IMG/VR virus record: IMGVR_UViG_3300038466_000035
Coordinates: 1-35,362 of that record
Length of the DNA stretch: 35,362 nt
Direction: 5' to 3' (one strand)
Origin: a virus
Lineage: Duplodnaviria > Caudoviricetes
The position numbers were made by a program, and so were the translations under genes. Under the pieces are notes generated by a model that saw only the letters and a list, made by a program, of their open reading frames with translations, was not told the DNA's origin and did no database searches. Shown piece after piece: positions 8,391-17,093 of the stretch. The stretch's first letter is position 1, and each line of letters begins with the position of its first letter.

Positions 8391-9428
8391 ATGGCAGTTC
8401 AAAATTACAGTACTCAAGCCAGCCGAAACCTTATCAGGGCAGAGGCCAAAATGTTAAAACATGCCGAGCCGATTCAGGTGCTTGGGATGTTCGGCGCGCA
8501 GAAAGAACAGCCGCTGAGAAAAACAGATACGGTTGTTTTTCGCAGACTTAAACCCTTTAACGCAACCGCCGCAGAAGTTCCCAATATCACAGCGGCCAAC
8601 TTCGTAACGGCTGAGGGCGTAACCCCGACAGCGAACACGATCAGCTACACCGACGTATCCGTTACCCTTCAACAGTACGCCGTACTGTTCAAGTTTTCCA
8701 GCAAGGCACAGCTCATGTATGAGGATGATATCCCCGATGACATGGCAACGTTGACCGGCGAAACCATGGCCGAAGTAGCTGAGCTGGTGGCATACGGACA
8801 GGTAAAGGCAGGAACCTCGCTTGTTTACGCGAACGGCACGACACTGATTGGTGTGGCGTCAGCGGTAAGCCTCGCAAGGTTGCGGCTCTGTGCCCGTACT
8901 CTCGAAACCAACAGGGCAAAAAGAGTCACATCGTCAATCAAGCCCGGCCCGGATTTCGGAACGTCCTCGGTTGAGGCAACTTATCTGGTTTTCCATCACA
9001 CGGATTGCAATTCCGACATCAGGGATCTTCCCGGATTCACCAAGGTCGAGGATTACGGATCAGCAATTAAAAAGGTTCATCCAAGAGAAATCGGAGCATG
9101 CGAGGAATTCCGGTTTATACCTTCGCCCTTATTTGCACCTACTCTTGCGGTCGGGGCCGCGGTTGGGGTAACCGGGATGAAAGCAGCGAATGCCGCCAAC
9201 ATCGACGTTTACCCGATGATTATCACCGCGCAGGACGCCTGGGGACATGTATCATTGAAGGGTAACGGTTATTCGTCAATCTCTCCGACGATCATCCCCT
9301 GCAATGTAAAGAATCATGCGAACCCGTCAGGTATGTTCGGTTTCGTCGGCGCTGACTTCTGGTATAACGCCGTCAGGCTGAATGAAAACTGGATGGTAAA
9401 TTATAAGGTGGCAGTTACAGATTTGTAA
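8391..9428 (+). CDS. Major capsid protein, N4-gp56 family
   Basis: TVVFRR, AEGVTP, V.LQQY, EIGACEEFRFI and NPSGMFGFVG...LNENWM motifs; TAAGGAG SD. Confidence 0.92.
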   Translation: MAVQNYSTQASRNLIRAEAKMLKHAEPIQVLGMFGAQKEQPLRKTDTVVFRRLKPFNATAAEVPNITAANFVTAEGVTPTANTISYTDVSVTLQQYAVLFKFSSKAQLMYEDDIPDDMATLTGETMAEVAELVAYGQVKAGTSLVYANGTTLIGVASAVSLARLRLCARTLETNRAKRVTSSIKPGPDFGTSSVEATYLVFHHTDCNSDIRDLPGFTKVEDYGSAIKKVHPREIGACEEFRFIPSPLFAPTLAVGAAVGVTGMKAANAANIDVYPMIITAQDAWGHVSLKGNGYSSISPTIIPCNVKNHANPSGMFGFVGADFWYNAVRLNENWMVNYKVAVTDL

Positions 9429-9475
9429 AAACCATTGGCAACATTGGAATAATTTAGATGATACAGACTTTTCCC

Positions 9476-9504
9476 TTGACCGAAACAAACGATTTTGGTA
9501 TAAA
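9476..9504 (+). promoter_or_regulatory. sigma70-type promoter of the HNH gene
   Basis: TTGACC (9476-9481), 17 bp, TATAAA (9499-9504), with an extended -10 TG at 9496-9497. Confidence 0.6.
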
Positions 9505-9541
9505 TTGGATAATACCAACCAATATACTAAAGGAGCTTGCT

Positions 9542-10237
9542 ATGCCAATTGAAAAAGTTTGTGTTGTCTGTGGTCAGAAATTCAAAGTTCCTCCGGTTCG
9601 AGAATTAACAGCGAAAACCTGCTCGAATAAATGCGCCATATCTGTACGGGCAAAATCGCGTGAGCGCAAAGTGCCCAAAATATGCCAGCTCTGTGGCAAG
9701 CGTTTTGAGGTGCCACAATCCCATACAGATAGGCATAATTATTGCTCATTAAAATGCAGGTATGAATCGCCTGAATATCGAAAATCGGTAAGCGAAAGAA
9801 TGAAGGGCGAAAACGGGCCAAACTGGAAGGGCGGTGAACCGGTTCATGCTGAAGGTTATATTTTAAAACATGTTCCGGAGCATCCGTTTGCAAGGAATGG
9901 CTATGTTTTTAAGCATCGCCTGATCATGGAAGCCTGGCTCCGCGAAGAAAATCCGGAAAGTGAATATTTGGTGTGGCTTGGCGAACAACTATATTTATCG
10001 CCAGAAGCAAGTATCCATCATCTGGATGAGATTAAGAAAAACAATCGTCGGAGAAACTTAATGGTTTGCTGGAGAAGCGTCCATATGGCACTCCATAATG
10101 GGAAAGAACCTAAGCCGGGAGCGTATTGGCCACCCAATGTGAAAATTAAACTTGGTGATAAGGCTAAACATTTACATAAGCCTAAAACCTTAACAAACTT
10201 ACCCGATTTTATGAAAGGAGTAAAATCACATGAGTAA
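9542..10237 (+). CDS. Free-standing HNH homing endonuclease with N-terminal Zn-finger repeats
   Basis: Two CxxC...CSxxC units, GENGPNWKGG, YVFKHRLIME and IHHLDEIKKNNRRRNL...HMALH HNH motif. Start moved to ATG 9542 (AAGGAG SD). Confidence 0.88.
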   Translation: MPIEKVCVVCGQKFKVPPVRELTAKTCSNKCAISVRAKSRERKVPKICQLCGKRFEVPQSHTDRHNYCSLKCRYESPEYRKSVSERMKGENGPNWKGGEPVHAEGYILKHVPEHPFARNGYVFKHRLIMEAWLREENPESEYLVWLGEQLYLSPEASIHHLDEIKKNNRRRNLMVCWRSVHMALHNGKEPKPGAYWPPNVKIKLGDKAKHLHKPKTLTNLPDFMKGVKSHE

Positions 10238-11300
10238 GATGCAGAATTATATCAATTATATCGCTGACCCCAGGGCGCGAAGGTCTATAAGGTCGTTGTT
10301 TTCACATTTTATGAACGATGATGCCACAATGACCTTTAAAGATTTCGTCTTTGGGAACGGCACGACAATACTGTCATTGGCAGGCACATTCACAACCGGT
10401 GTTTCAATATCAGGAGCTGGTGCGACTGGTGTCAAAATCACAGGAGTATGCTCAACCGCCGCTATTCAGGTCGGTGTTTCCGGAACCCCCGCTGGTGATT
10501 TCCTCTGGTATGGAACGACAGCTCTTTACAAGGTGCTGTTCGATGCCGACGGGGACACCAACGGGGCTGTTTATATTGGAGCCGATACCAAGGGGTTGCT
10601 GTTTAACCTTTATGGCGACGTAACAGGCTGCGGGGTATTCTGGAACCCGTCAACCGATACAAACGGTACTTTAAGCATCGGAGCTACCGGCGGAAGCAAG
10701 GGCGTTGATCTCGTAATGTATGGAGCCACAAACGGTTGTTATGCAAAATGGGACCAGAGCGCCGACTCCCTGGAAGTTGTGAAAACATCAGCCATTGCGA
10801 CAGCAACGAACCTGTATTCTGTCAATATCGGCCAAACACTCACAGGCGCATCTGCGGTCAATACTGCGGAAGTTCTGAGAGCCGTCCTTACTTCAAATGT
10901 CCAGGTCGGAAACTGGGCGAACGCTATTCTTGGCAAAATAGACTTTTCATCGGCAGGATACATTACAGGTCTTGCCGGGGCTATTTGCGCTGAAGTTGAT
11001 ATGGCAAACGCTACAATCGGGGCCGGTTCTTATTGTTGTTTTGAGGGCGAACTTAATATCCCGACCAGCGGTGCAGGATACGCCGCGAGTGTTCCGGTTG
11101 CTTTCCTTACCGGTAATGCCTGGGGCGCTGGAGTCGCAGCGTGGCGGACCGGTGGGTATATTTTCAACTTTACCGGGCTCGGAACTGCTGCATCCGGTAA
11201 AATCTTCCAGGCCAACACAGCGGCAGCAGCCAGCCATGCTTTGCGTATCCTGATTGATGGAGTTCCTTACTTTATCATGCTGACGGATACCAACGCATAA
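10230..11300 (+). CDS. Putative virion structural protein (head fibre/decoration-like, beta-rich)
   Basis: G/A/T-rich 356 aa with three ~32-aa internal repeats; located in the head module; AAAGGAG SD. Confidence 0.65.
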   Translation: MSKMQNYINYIADPRARRSIRSLFSHFMNDDATMTFKDFVFGNGTTILSLAGTFTTGVSISGAGATGVKITGVCSTAAIQVGVSGTPAGDFLWYGTTALYKVLFDADGDTNGAVYIGADTKGLLFNLYGDVTGCGVFWNPSTDTNGTLSIGATGGSKGVDLVMYGATNGCYAKWDQSADSLEVVKTSAIATATNLYSVNIGQTLTGASAVNTAEVLRAVLTSNVQVGNWANAILGKIDFSSAGYITGLAGAICAEVDMANATIGAGSYCCFEGELNIPTSGAGYAASVPVAFLTGNAWGAGVAAWRTGGYIFNFTGLGTAASGKIFQANTAAAASHALRILIDGVPYFIMLTDTNA

Positions 11301-11309
11301 GGGGGTTTT

Positions 11310-11405
11310 ATGGCTAATACGAAACTCGAAATGATTAAGGAATTGGCCGAAAAGAAGCCCGAACCTGTGAAGGAAAAACCCAAAAGGGCTCCGAAGAAAA
11401 AATAA
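11310..11405 (+). CDS. Small Lys-rich protein (31 aa), below the ORF-track cutoff
   Basis: AAGGGGG SD, then MANTKLEMIKELAEKKPEPVKEKPKRAPKKK*; fills the gap after the previous stop. Confidence 0.6.
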   Translation: MANTKLEMIKELAEKKPEPVKEKPKRAPKKK

Positions 11406-11409
11406 CCAA

Positions 11410-11503
11410 TTTGCGGGATAGGGCTTCTCCCGAAAAGCTGAGACTCCTGGCCCAGCCTTCCCGCAAAAACTCAATAGCCAGGAAACTAACAACCAGGAGG
11501 AGG
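11410..11503 (+). promoter_or_regulatory. Structured cis-RNA element (three-way junction with possible pseudoknot onto the SD)
   Basis: TTTGCGGGA (11410-11418) pairs with TCCCGCAAA (11459-11467); inner stems GGG/CCC and GCTG/CAGC; loop CTCCTGG is complementary to CCAGGAG at 11493-11499. Confidence 0.55.
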
Positions 11504-11507
11504 TATT

Positions 11508-11816
11508 ATGGAACTAAGTGTAATGGATCGGATAGTGTTACAAAATCTTTTGCCGAAAGAAGGAAATTTTGCGAACCTGAAACTCTTAAGAAAAGCGAGA
11601 GAGTCCCTTTCTTTCACGGAAGACGAAAACAAAGCACTTGCCTTCAGGCAGGAAGGCGACAAGCTCTTCTGGGAGGATGGGTTTGTCGGAACAAAAGAGA
11701 TTGTAATCGGCGAAGTCGTAACTCAATTGATAGTCAAAGAACTTAAACGACTCGACGAAAGCGGTAAGCTGCAGAACGAACACTTATCCGTATTTGAAAA
11801 ATTCATGTCTCAATAA
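11508..11816 (+). CDS. Hypothetical phage protein
   Basis: GGAGGAGG SD; 102-aa globular-looking ORF. Confidence 0.8.
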   Translation: MELSVMDRIVLQNLLPKEGNFANLKLLRKARESLSFTEDENKALAFRQEGDKLFWEDGFVGTKEIVIGEVVTQLIVKELKRLDESGKLQNEHLSVFEKFMSQ

Positions 11817-11852
11817 CCCCTTAATAAAAGGGCAAAAAGAAGGAGATCAATC

Positions 11853-12317
11853 ATGTTAAATTTAAGCGAACAAGTACGAGGCGGAACAGTCTGCCTGACC
11901 AAAGCTGGCCTTGCGGTCGGTGGAACCACCACCAAAATGAGGACAAACGACCCTTCCGGCGCAGGGTATTTTAACTTTGCTATAAAGGGCATTATGTATA
12001 GCTGCGCCGATGCCGATGATAACGTTTTATTTACGGCAGCGACACAGGCAGCTCTCACGACCTGTCTATATCTGGCCACAATCAACGCCTCGAACACAAT
12101 CCTTGTCATAAAAGGAACTGAAGTCGTGACTGCGGATCTGACGGCAGGCAAAGTTTCTTTGACATGGCCTACCCCTACCGATGGATATTGTCCGTTCGGT
12201 GCGGTTAAAGTCGTGGCAACGGAAGTTTTCACGCCAGGCACAACAGCTCTCGGAACCGGAAACGCAGCGACATATTATGATCTATTTGCGGTGCCGGATA
12301 CTCCGATCACATCGTAA
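11853..12317 (+). CDS. Putative capsid decoration/cement protein
   Basis: T/A/G-rich beta protein in the head module; AAGGAG SD; followed by a terminator. Confidence 0.6.
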   Translation: MLNLSEQVRGGTVCLTKAGLAVGGTTTKMRTNDPSGAGYFNFAIKGIMYSCADADDNVLFTAATQAALTTCLYLATINASNTILVIKGTEVVTADLTAGKVSLTWPTPTDGYCPFGAVKVVATEVFTPGTTALGTGNAATYYDLFAVPDTPITS

Positions 12318-12352
12318 GCAGATAATAATTTAAAAACCAGAGCACTATTTAA

Positions 12353-12396
12353 GGCCGGTTTTTTGGGGGACAACCCTCGAAGAACCGGCTTTTTTT
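12353..12396 (+). terminator. Rho-independent terminator ending the head-gene block
   Basis: GCCGGTTTTTTGGGGG-ACAA-CCCTCGAAGAACCGGC followed by T7. Confidence 0.8.
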
Positions 12397-12423
12397 ATTC
12401 ACTGACAACAAGGAGGTTTTAAT

Positions 12424-12876
12424 ATGTCCAGGAAAAAAACAGACGCAACCACCGAATCCCTCGGAAAGAGCAAGTCTCTTGATTTGGGGGAAATAGGGCA
12501 TCCGGAACCGATTGAAAAGGTAGCCGATACAGATTTCGTAAAAGCCGTCGAACTCGAAGCTTTCATGAACGAAGTCCTGACGGTAATTGTTCATCAGGAC
12601 GCAAGCGACAACGCTGTTGAGAATCCATGCCCTTCTGTTAATGGGATAAATCAGCCGTTTATCCGCGGGATTGAACAGAAGGTAAAAAGAAAATATGTTG
12701 AAGCTCTTGCGCGAGGACGAGTCACGAAATACGCTCAGCGTGTTACGGACGCATCACGACCTGAAAACATTCAGATGGTAGAAACCACAGCCCTTGTGTA
12801 TCCGTTCTCAGTTCTCCATGATCCGAATCCAGTAGGGAAAGCATGGTTGAAAGGAATCCTGAGTCAACCGTCTTGA
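12424..12876 (+). CDS. Conserved-type phage hypothetical protein (VNG...RG motif)
   Basis: AAGGAGG SD; ELEAFMNE, SVNGINQPFIRG...KRKYVEALAR and YPFSVLHDPNP.G.AWL. I recall similar genes beside N4-gp56-type capsid genes. Confidence 0.75.
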   Translation: MSRKKTDATTESLGKSKSLDLGEIGHPEPIEKVADTDFVKAVELEAFMNEVLTVIVHQDASDNAVENPCPSVNGINQPFIRGIEQKVKRKYVEALARGRVTKYAQRVTDASRPENIQMVETTALVYPFSVLHDPNPVGKAWLKGILSQPS

Positions 12877-12891
12877 TAGGGGGTTATAAAC

Positions 12892-13581
12892 ATGACTTTT
12901 CTGCAATTAGTTCAAAGGGCTCATGTTGAATCAGGCAGGCAGGGGGCAGCTCCAACAACGGTAATCGGCCAAACAGGTATGAATCAGCGTTTTGTCAACT
13001 GGGTGCTTACGGCGTATGAGTTTATTCAGGGAATGCACGAAACTTGGCTCTTTCGACAAAAAGAATTCAGCTTTCCTACGGTAAACGCAAAACAGAACTA
13101 TGCGCCGGTTGCCGATCTCGCCTATACCGATCTGGGTGCATGGAAATTTAATCCCGATAACAACAATCTGTCCGGGATAAAACTATATTCTTCCGTAGCA
13201 GATGAGCAGCATCTTGAATGTTTCGCATGGGATGATTACCGGGACACCTACAAGCTCGGATCAAACAGAACCCAATCAGGCCGACCTACAATATTCACAA
13301 TCAAACCAGATATGTCCATGGATTTATGGCCTATCCCTGACGCCATTTACACCGTAAGCGGCGAGTACGTCAGAGACCTTCAGACCATGGCCGCCGATGG
13401 CGATGTCCCTATTTTGCCCGATCATCATATGTTAATTGTCTGGAAAGCTCTTGAGTATTATGGGGCCTACGAAGGAGCCGGGGATGTATATGCGCATGGC
13501 CAGAACGAATTTGATATACTTATTCCAAAACTGGAACTGAATCAACTTCAAAAGATTTGTTGGGGGAGTCCGTTGGCATGA
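12892..13581 (+). CDS. Head-tail adaptor (tail tubular protein A-like)
   Basis: MTFLQLVQR start, WLFR, GRPTIF...LWPIPDAIYTV and HMLIVWKAL pattern; gene position. Confidence 0.75.
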   Translation: MTFLQLVQRAHVESGRQGAAPTTVIGQTGMNQRFVNWVLTAYEFIQGMHETWLFRQKEFSFPTVNAKQNYAPVADLAYTDLGAWKFNPDNNNLSGIKLYSSVADEQHLECFAWDDYRDTYKLGSNRTQSGRPTIFTIKPDMSMDLWPIPDAIYTVSGEYVRDLQTMAADGDVPILPDHHMLIVWKALEYYGAYEGAGDVYAHGQNEFDILIPKLELNQLQKICWGSPLA

Positions 13582-15698
13582 GGAAGTTGCCAAATACAAA
13601 TTTTAGAATGGCGTATGCGCCGATGATAGGTGGGGAAGACTTGGTATCGTCGGCATTAGCTGTTCCTCCAGGCACCGCACAATTAACATATAATTATGAA
13701 CAGGATGTAGGGGGTCGGTTTCGCAGAATCGACGGATATGAGGCTTTTGACGGCAGACCCAAACCATCAGAAGCCAGTTATTGGTTACTTAATTTCGATG
13801 CGGGGACAGCGGCAATTGCCGTGGGTAATACTATAACTGGATTTTCAAGCACCAAAACTGGAGAGGTCCTTTCAATAACCCTGACTTCCGGGTCATGGGC
13901 GGGCGGTAATGCAGCCGGTCAAATGGTACTATTTAATGTAACCGGTGTCGGAACATTTACAAACAACGAGGAATTAAAAGTAGGCGGAGTTACTAAAGCA
14001 CTGGCGAATGGCGTTGAAACCGAGCAAGGATACTCTGACGAAACTACTGGCGAAATCGCCCTTTTAGCTGCAATGGCCGCAACAAGAGCTGACATTTTGG
14101 CAGTTCCCGGATCGGGGAATATCCTCGGAGTTTGGCAATATAAAGGGGTTAAATACGCTTTCAGGAACAACGCGGGCGGCACAGCAGTCGCTATGTATAA
14201 ATCGTCAACAACAGGATGGACGCTCTGTGATCTTGGCGAAAGACTCGGATTCAATACCGGAACAGTTGCTTTTGTTGAGGGAGAAACTATTACAAAAGGA
14301 GCAGCCTCGGCTGTTATCCGTAGGGTTGTCCTGACTTCAGGAACATGGGCAGGAGGAAATGCGGCAGGATATTTTTCAATAAGTGGGCGTGCCGGAGGCG
14401 ATTTTGGAGCAGGAGCCGCAACAGGAAGTATCCTCGGAGCGGCATCAGTGACGGGAATACAAACAGCATATTCTTTTGCTGTACCCGGAGGAAGATTCAG
14501 TTTTGTTAATTCAAATTTCGGCGGGCATTCAAGCACCCAAAGAATGTATGGATGTGACGGTAAGAATAAGGCGTTTGAATGGGATGGCACATATTTCACA
14601 ACCATAACAACCGGGATGACCACCGATACTCCTATTAAAATTATTGAACACAAAAAGCATTTATTCTTGATGTTCTCGGGCGGCTCTTTACAGCATTCAT
14701 CAATTGGTGTTCCGTTTACATGGTCGGCGATAACTGGCGCCACAGAACTTGGCCTGGGCGATGAAGGCATAGATTTTTTATCTATGCCGGACGCACTCGT
14801 TGTATTTACCAGAAACACAACAAAGGTTTTATACGGTAAAAGCAGCGCAGATTGGGAGTTAAAACCATATGCCGATGATTCCGGATGTATTGAATGGACA
14901 TTGCAGGGACTCGGTTCAGGAATATACCTGGATGATCGGGGACTGACATCACTTTCAACGACACAGGTATATGGTGATTTTAAAACAAATACTATATCAA
15001 AGCTTATCGAACCCTATCTTAGGACACGGTTATCTTTAGCGCAAAGCTCCATCAGGGTGAAAGAAAAAAATCAATACCGATTATTTTTCACCAACCTGGA
15101 GGTTTTAGCTTTAACCGCGGAAGGCAATAAAATACTGGGATTTACAAGACAACGATATAATCATTTACCTGTATGCACCTGCTCCTCCGAAAATCTTGCC
15201 GGAGAAGAAGAACTTTTTTTCGGTTCGACCGATGGGTTTGTTTATCAGTTAGATTCCGGATACACATTTAATGGCTCCGCAATAGACTCATTGGTAAAAC
15301 TTAATTATAACCATCTAAAATCTCCGAGTGTAAAAAAGAGAATTCGGCGTATTATTGTTGACTCCGACGTGAAAAAAAACACATACTTACAGGTCTCGGC
15401 AGAGTTTGACCATGGTGAGTCTGCTATCCCGCTGACCATATTACCCAATTTAAGTGCCGCTGGCGGGATATGGGACGAAGGTATTTGGGATGATTTTGAT
15501 TGGGATGGTACGGCATCAGGAATCTCCCAGATTGACGTAGACGGTACGGCTTCGAGCTTTTCATTAACAATATTTAATTCCGGAGTGTTTGAGCTTCAGG
15601 AAGCCGAAGCCGTACCGCGAACCGGAATTACAAACGTAGAACCGCATACTCTCCAGGGCTACACGGTTCATTATGATATCAGAGGAGTACAGCGATGA
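13578..15698 (+). CDS. Tail nozzle / packaged-DNA stabilisation protein (tubular protein B / P22 gp10-like)
   Basis: About 706-aa beta-propeller-like sequence (RRIDGYE, HKKHLFL, KNQYRLFF, WDEGIWDDFDWDG). Start moved to ATG 13578 (ATGA overlap). Confidence 0.75.
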   Translation: MRKLPNTNFRMAYAPMIGGEDLVSSALAVPPGTAQLTYNYEQDVGGRFRRIDGYEAFDGRPKPSEASYWLLNFDAGTAAIAVGNTITGFSSTKTGEVLSITLTSGSWAGGNAAGQMVLFNVTGVGTFTNNEELKVGGVTKALANGVETEQGYSDETTGEIALLAAMAATRADILAVPGSGNILGVWQYKGVKYAFRNNAGGTAVAMYKSSTTGWTLCDLGERLGFNTGTVAFVEGETITKGAASAVIRRVVLTSGTWAGGNAAGYFSISGRAGGDFGAGAATGSILGAASVTGIQTAYSFAVPGGRFSFVNSNFGGHSSTQRMYGCDGKNKAFEWDGTYFTTITTGMTTDTPIKIIEHKKHLFLMFSGGSLQHSSIGVPFTWSAITGATELGLGDEGIDFLSMPDALVVFTRNTTKVLYGKSSADWELKPYADDSGCIEWTLQGLGSGIYLDDRGLTSLSTTQVYGDFKTNTISKLIEPYLRTRLSLAQSSIRVKEKNQYRLFFTNLEVLALTAEGNKILGFTRQRYNHLPVCTCSSENLAGEEELFFGSTDGFVYQLDSGYTFNGSAIDSLVKLNYNHLKSPSVKKRIRRIIVDSDVKKNTYLQVSAEFDHGESAIPLTILPNLSAAGGIWDEGIWDDFDWDGTASGISQIDVDGTASSFSLTIFNSGVFELQEAEAVPRTGITNVEPHTLQGYTVHYDIRGVQR

Positions 15699-16573
15699 GT
15701 AGTTATTTTGATCCGACAGGCTATGCTGTTGTATCGGGAACAAGGGCAAGAGCAAGCGCTTTTAATAATGCCGTTAATGCTATTTCGGCCGGATTTGATA
15801 ATGTAGAAACGGCCATGAATTTAAAGGCACCATTAATCTCTCCTGCACTTGTAACCCCAAATCTTGGTACTCCATCCGCAGGAGTGCTAACCAATTGCAC
15901 CGGCCTGCCGATTGCGGGATGTGGCACGGGAGAAACAACCGCACAGGCAGCTATTGATGCTTTAACCGCAGTTGCCGGGGCAACTAACGAGCATGCATTG
16001 ATGAAGGACACTGCAACCGGAAACGCAATATTTAAGGCGCTTCCGGTGCAAATATTTGCTACTGCTGCCGAAATTCTTGCAGGTACGGAAGCGGCTAAAG
16101 CGATTGCGCCGGATCAACTGCGACTTGCGCAGGTGGGCGATGTAAAAGCTGTTGCTTACGAGACTGTTCCGGCAGGATGGTTGGAATGCAACGGAGCATC
16201 CCTCCTTCGCGCTGATTATGCAGCTCTGTTCGCTGCTATCAGCACCAACTTCGGAACAGCTGACGCAACCCATTTCAACATCCCTGATCTCCGGGGTAAG
16301 TTCCCCCGTGGTTGGGATCACGCAGCGGCGAACGATCCAGACAGAGCAGCAAGAACTGCACAGGCAACAGGAGGACAGACCGGGGATCATGTAGGCACGG
16401 TTCAGGCAGATGGGTTTGAGGCACATACCCATACCATTACCAGGAGCAATACGGGTTCAGCTACAGGATACACAGCGGGGGGGAACCCTCTTGATGGAGG
16501 GGATTCCGGTTCAGCCGGCGGTAGCGAAACCCGACCTATCAACGTGGGTGTGATGTACATCATCAAATATTAA
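15695..16573 (+). CDS. Tail fibre protein with phage tail collar domain
   Basis: VPAGWLECNGASLLRADYAALFAAI...FNIPDLRGKFPRGWD collar motif and C-terminal ETRPINVGVMYIIKY. Confidence 0.88.
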   Translation: MSSYFDPTGYAVVSGTRARASAFNNAVNAISAGFDNVETAMNLKAPLISPALVTPNLGTPSAGVLTNCTGLPIAGCGTGETTAQAAIDALTAVAGATNEHALMKDTATGNAIFKALPVQIFATAAEILAGTEAAKAIAPDQLRLAQVGDVKAVAYETVPAGWLECNGASLLRADYAALFAAISTNFGTADATHFNIPDLRGKFPRGWDHAAANDPDRAARTAQATGGQTGDHVGTVQADGFEAHTHTITRSNTGSATGYTAGGNPLDGGDSGSAGGSETRPINVGVMYIIKY

Positions 16574-16582
16574 GGAGATATT

Positions 16583-17068
16583 ATGAAAATCTACAACTAT
16601 CATCCTGTCACGAGGGAATATATCGGCGAGGAAGATGCAAGGTCGAACCCGGTAACGATAGGAGCATGTCTGGTTCCGGCTTATGCGACATCCGAAAAGC
16701 CCCCAATCCCAGAAGCGGGTAAGGTACGGGTATTTGATGGTGCGTGGTCGCAGGTAGACGATAATCGTGGCAAGATAATATGGAATAAAGACGGATCGGG
16801 AATCTCGTATGCTGTGACTGCATTAGGGCCAATCCCTACCGGATGGACGGACGCACAAATGCCCGACGCCGAAAGTAAGCATGACGGGCAGAAGTGGGTG
16901 CCGGATGAAGATGCTATAAAGGCAAAGCTTGCAGCCAAGGATGAGGCTGAAAAGGAAACTCTCATTCAGGCGAAACTCCGGGAGATAGCAATTGAGGCAT
17001 TGAAGATAGAAGGTAAACTCACAACAGATGGGATGCTGGTTAACGTTTCAGTAAAAGAAAAAAAATAA
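16583..17068 (+). CDS. Tail fibre assembly (Tfa-like) protein
   Basis: MKIYNYHPVTREYIG...LVPAYATSEKPP...WSQVDDNRG...LGPIP pattern directly after the fibre gene. Confidence 0.85.
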   Translation: MKIYNYHPVTREYIGEEDARSNPVTIGACLVPAYATSEKPPIPEAGKVRVFDGAWSQVDDNRGKIIWNKDGSGISYAVTALGPIPTGWTDAQMPDAESKHDGQKWVPDEDAIKAKLAAKDEAEKETLIQAKLREIAIEALKIEGKLTTDGMLVNVSVKEKK

Positions 17069-17093
17069 TCTTAAATAATTTCAAGAGGATAGT

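Noticed and set aside
9458-9541. Longer N-terminus of the HNH ORF given in the track
   Set aside because: This stretch holds the promoter and the SD for ATG 9542, so it is more likely non-coding.
11411-11746. 111-aa + strand ORF
   Set aside because: It has a TTG start inside the RNA structure and overlaps the better-supported 11508..11816 gene, which has a strong SD.
13919-14818. 299-aa minus-strand ORF
   Set aside because: It is the antisense shadow of the Gly/Ala/Thr-rich nozzle gene, with P/V/A-biased composition and no recognisable motif.
15695-16573. Diversity-generating retroelement target or invertible tail-fibre cassette
   Set aside because: I saw no reverse transcriptase, template repeat, invertase or duplicated fibre end in the window.
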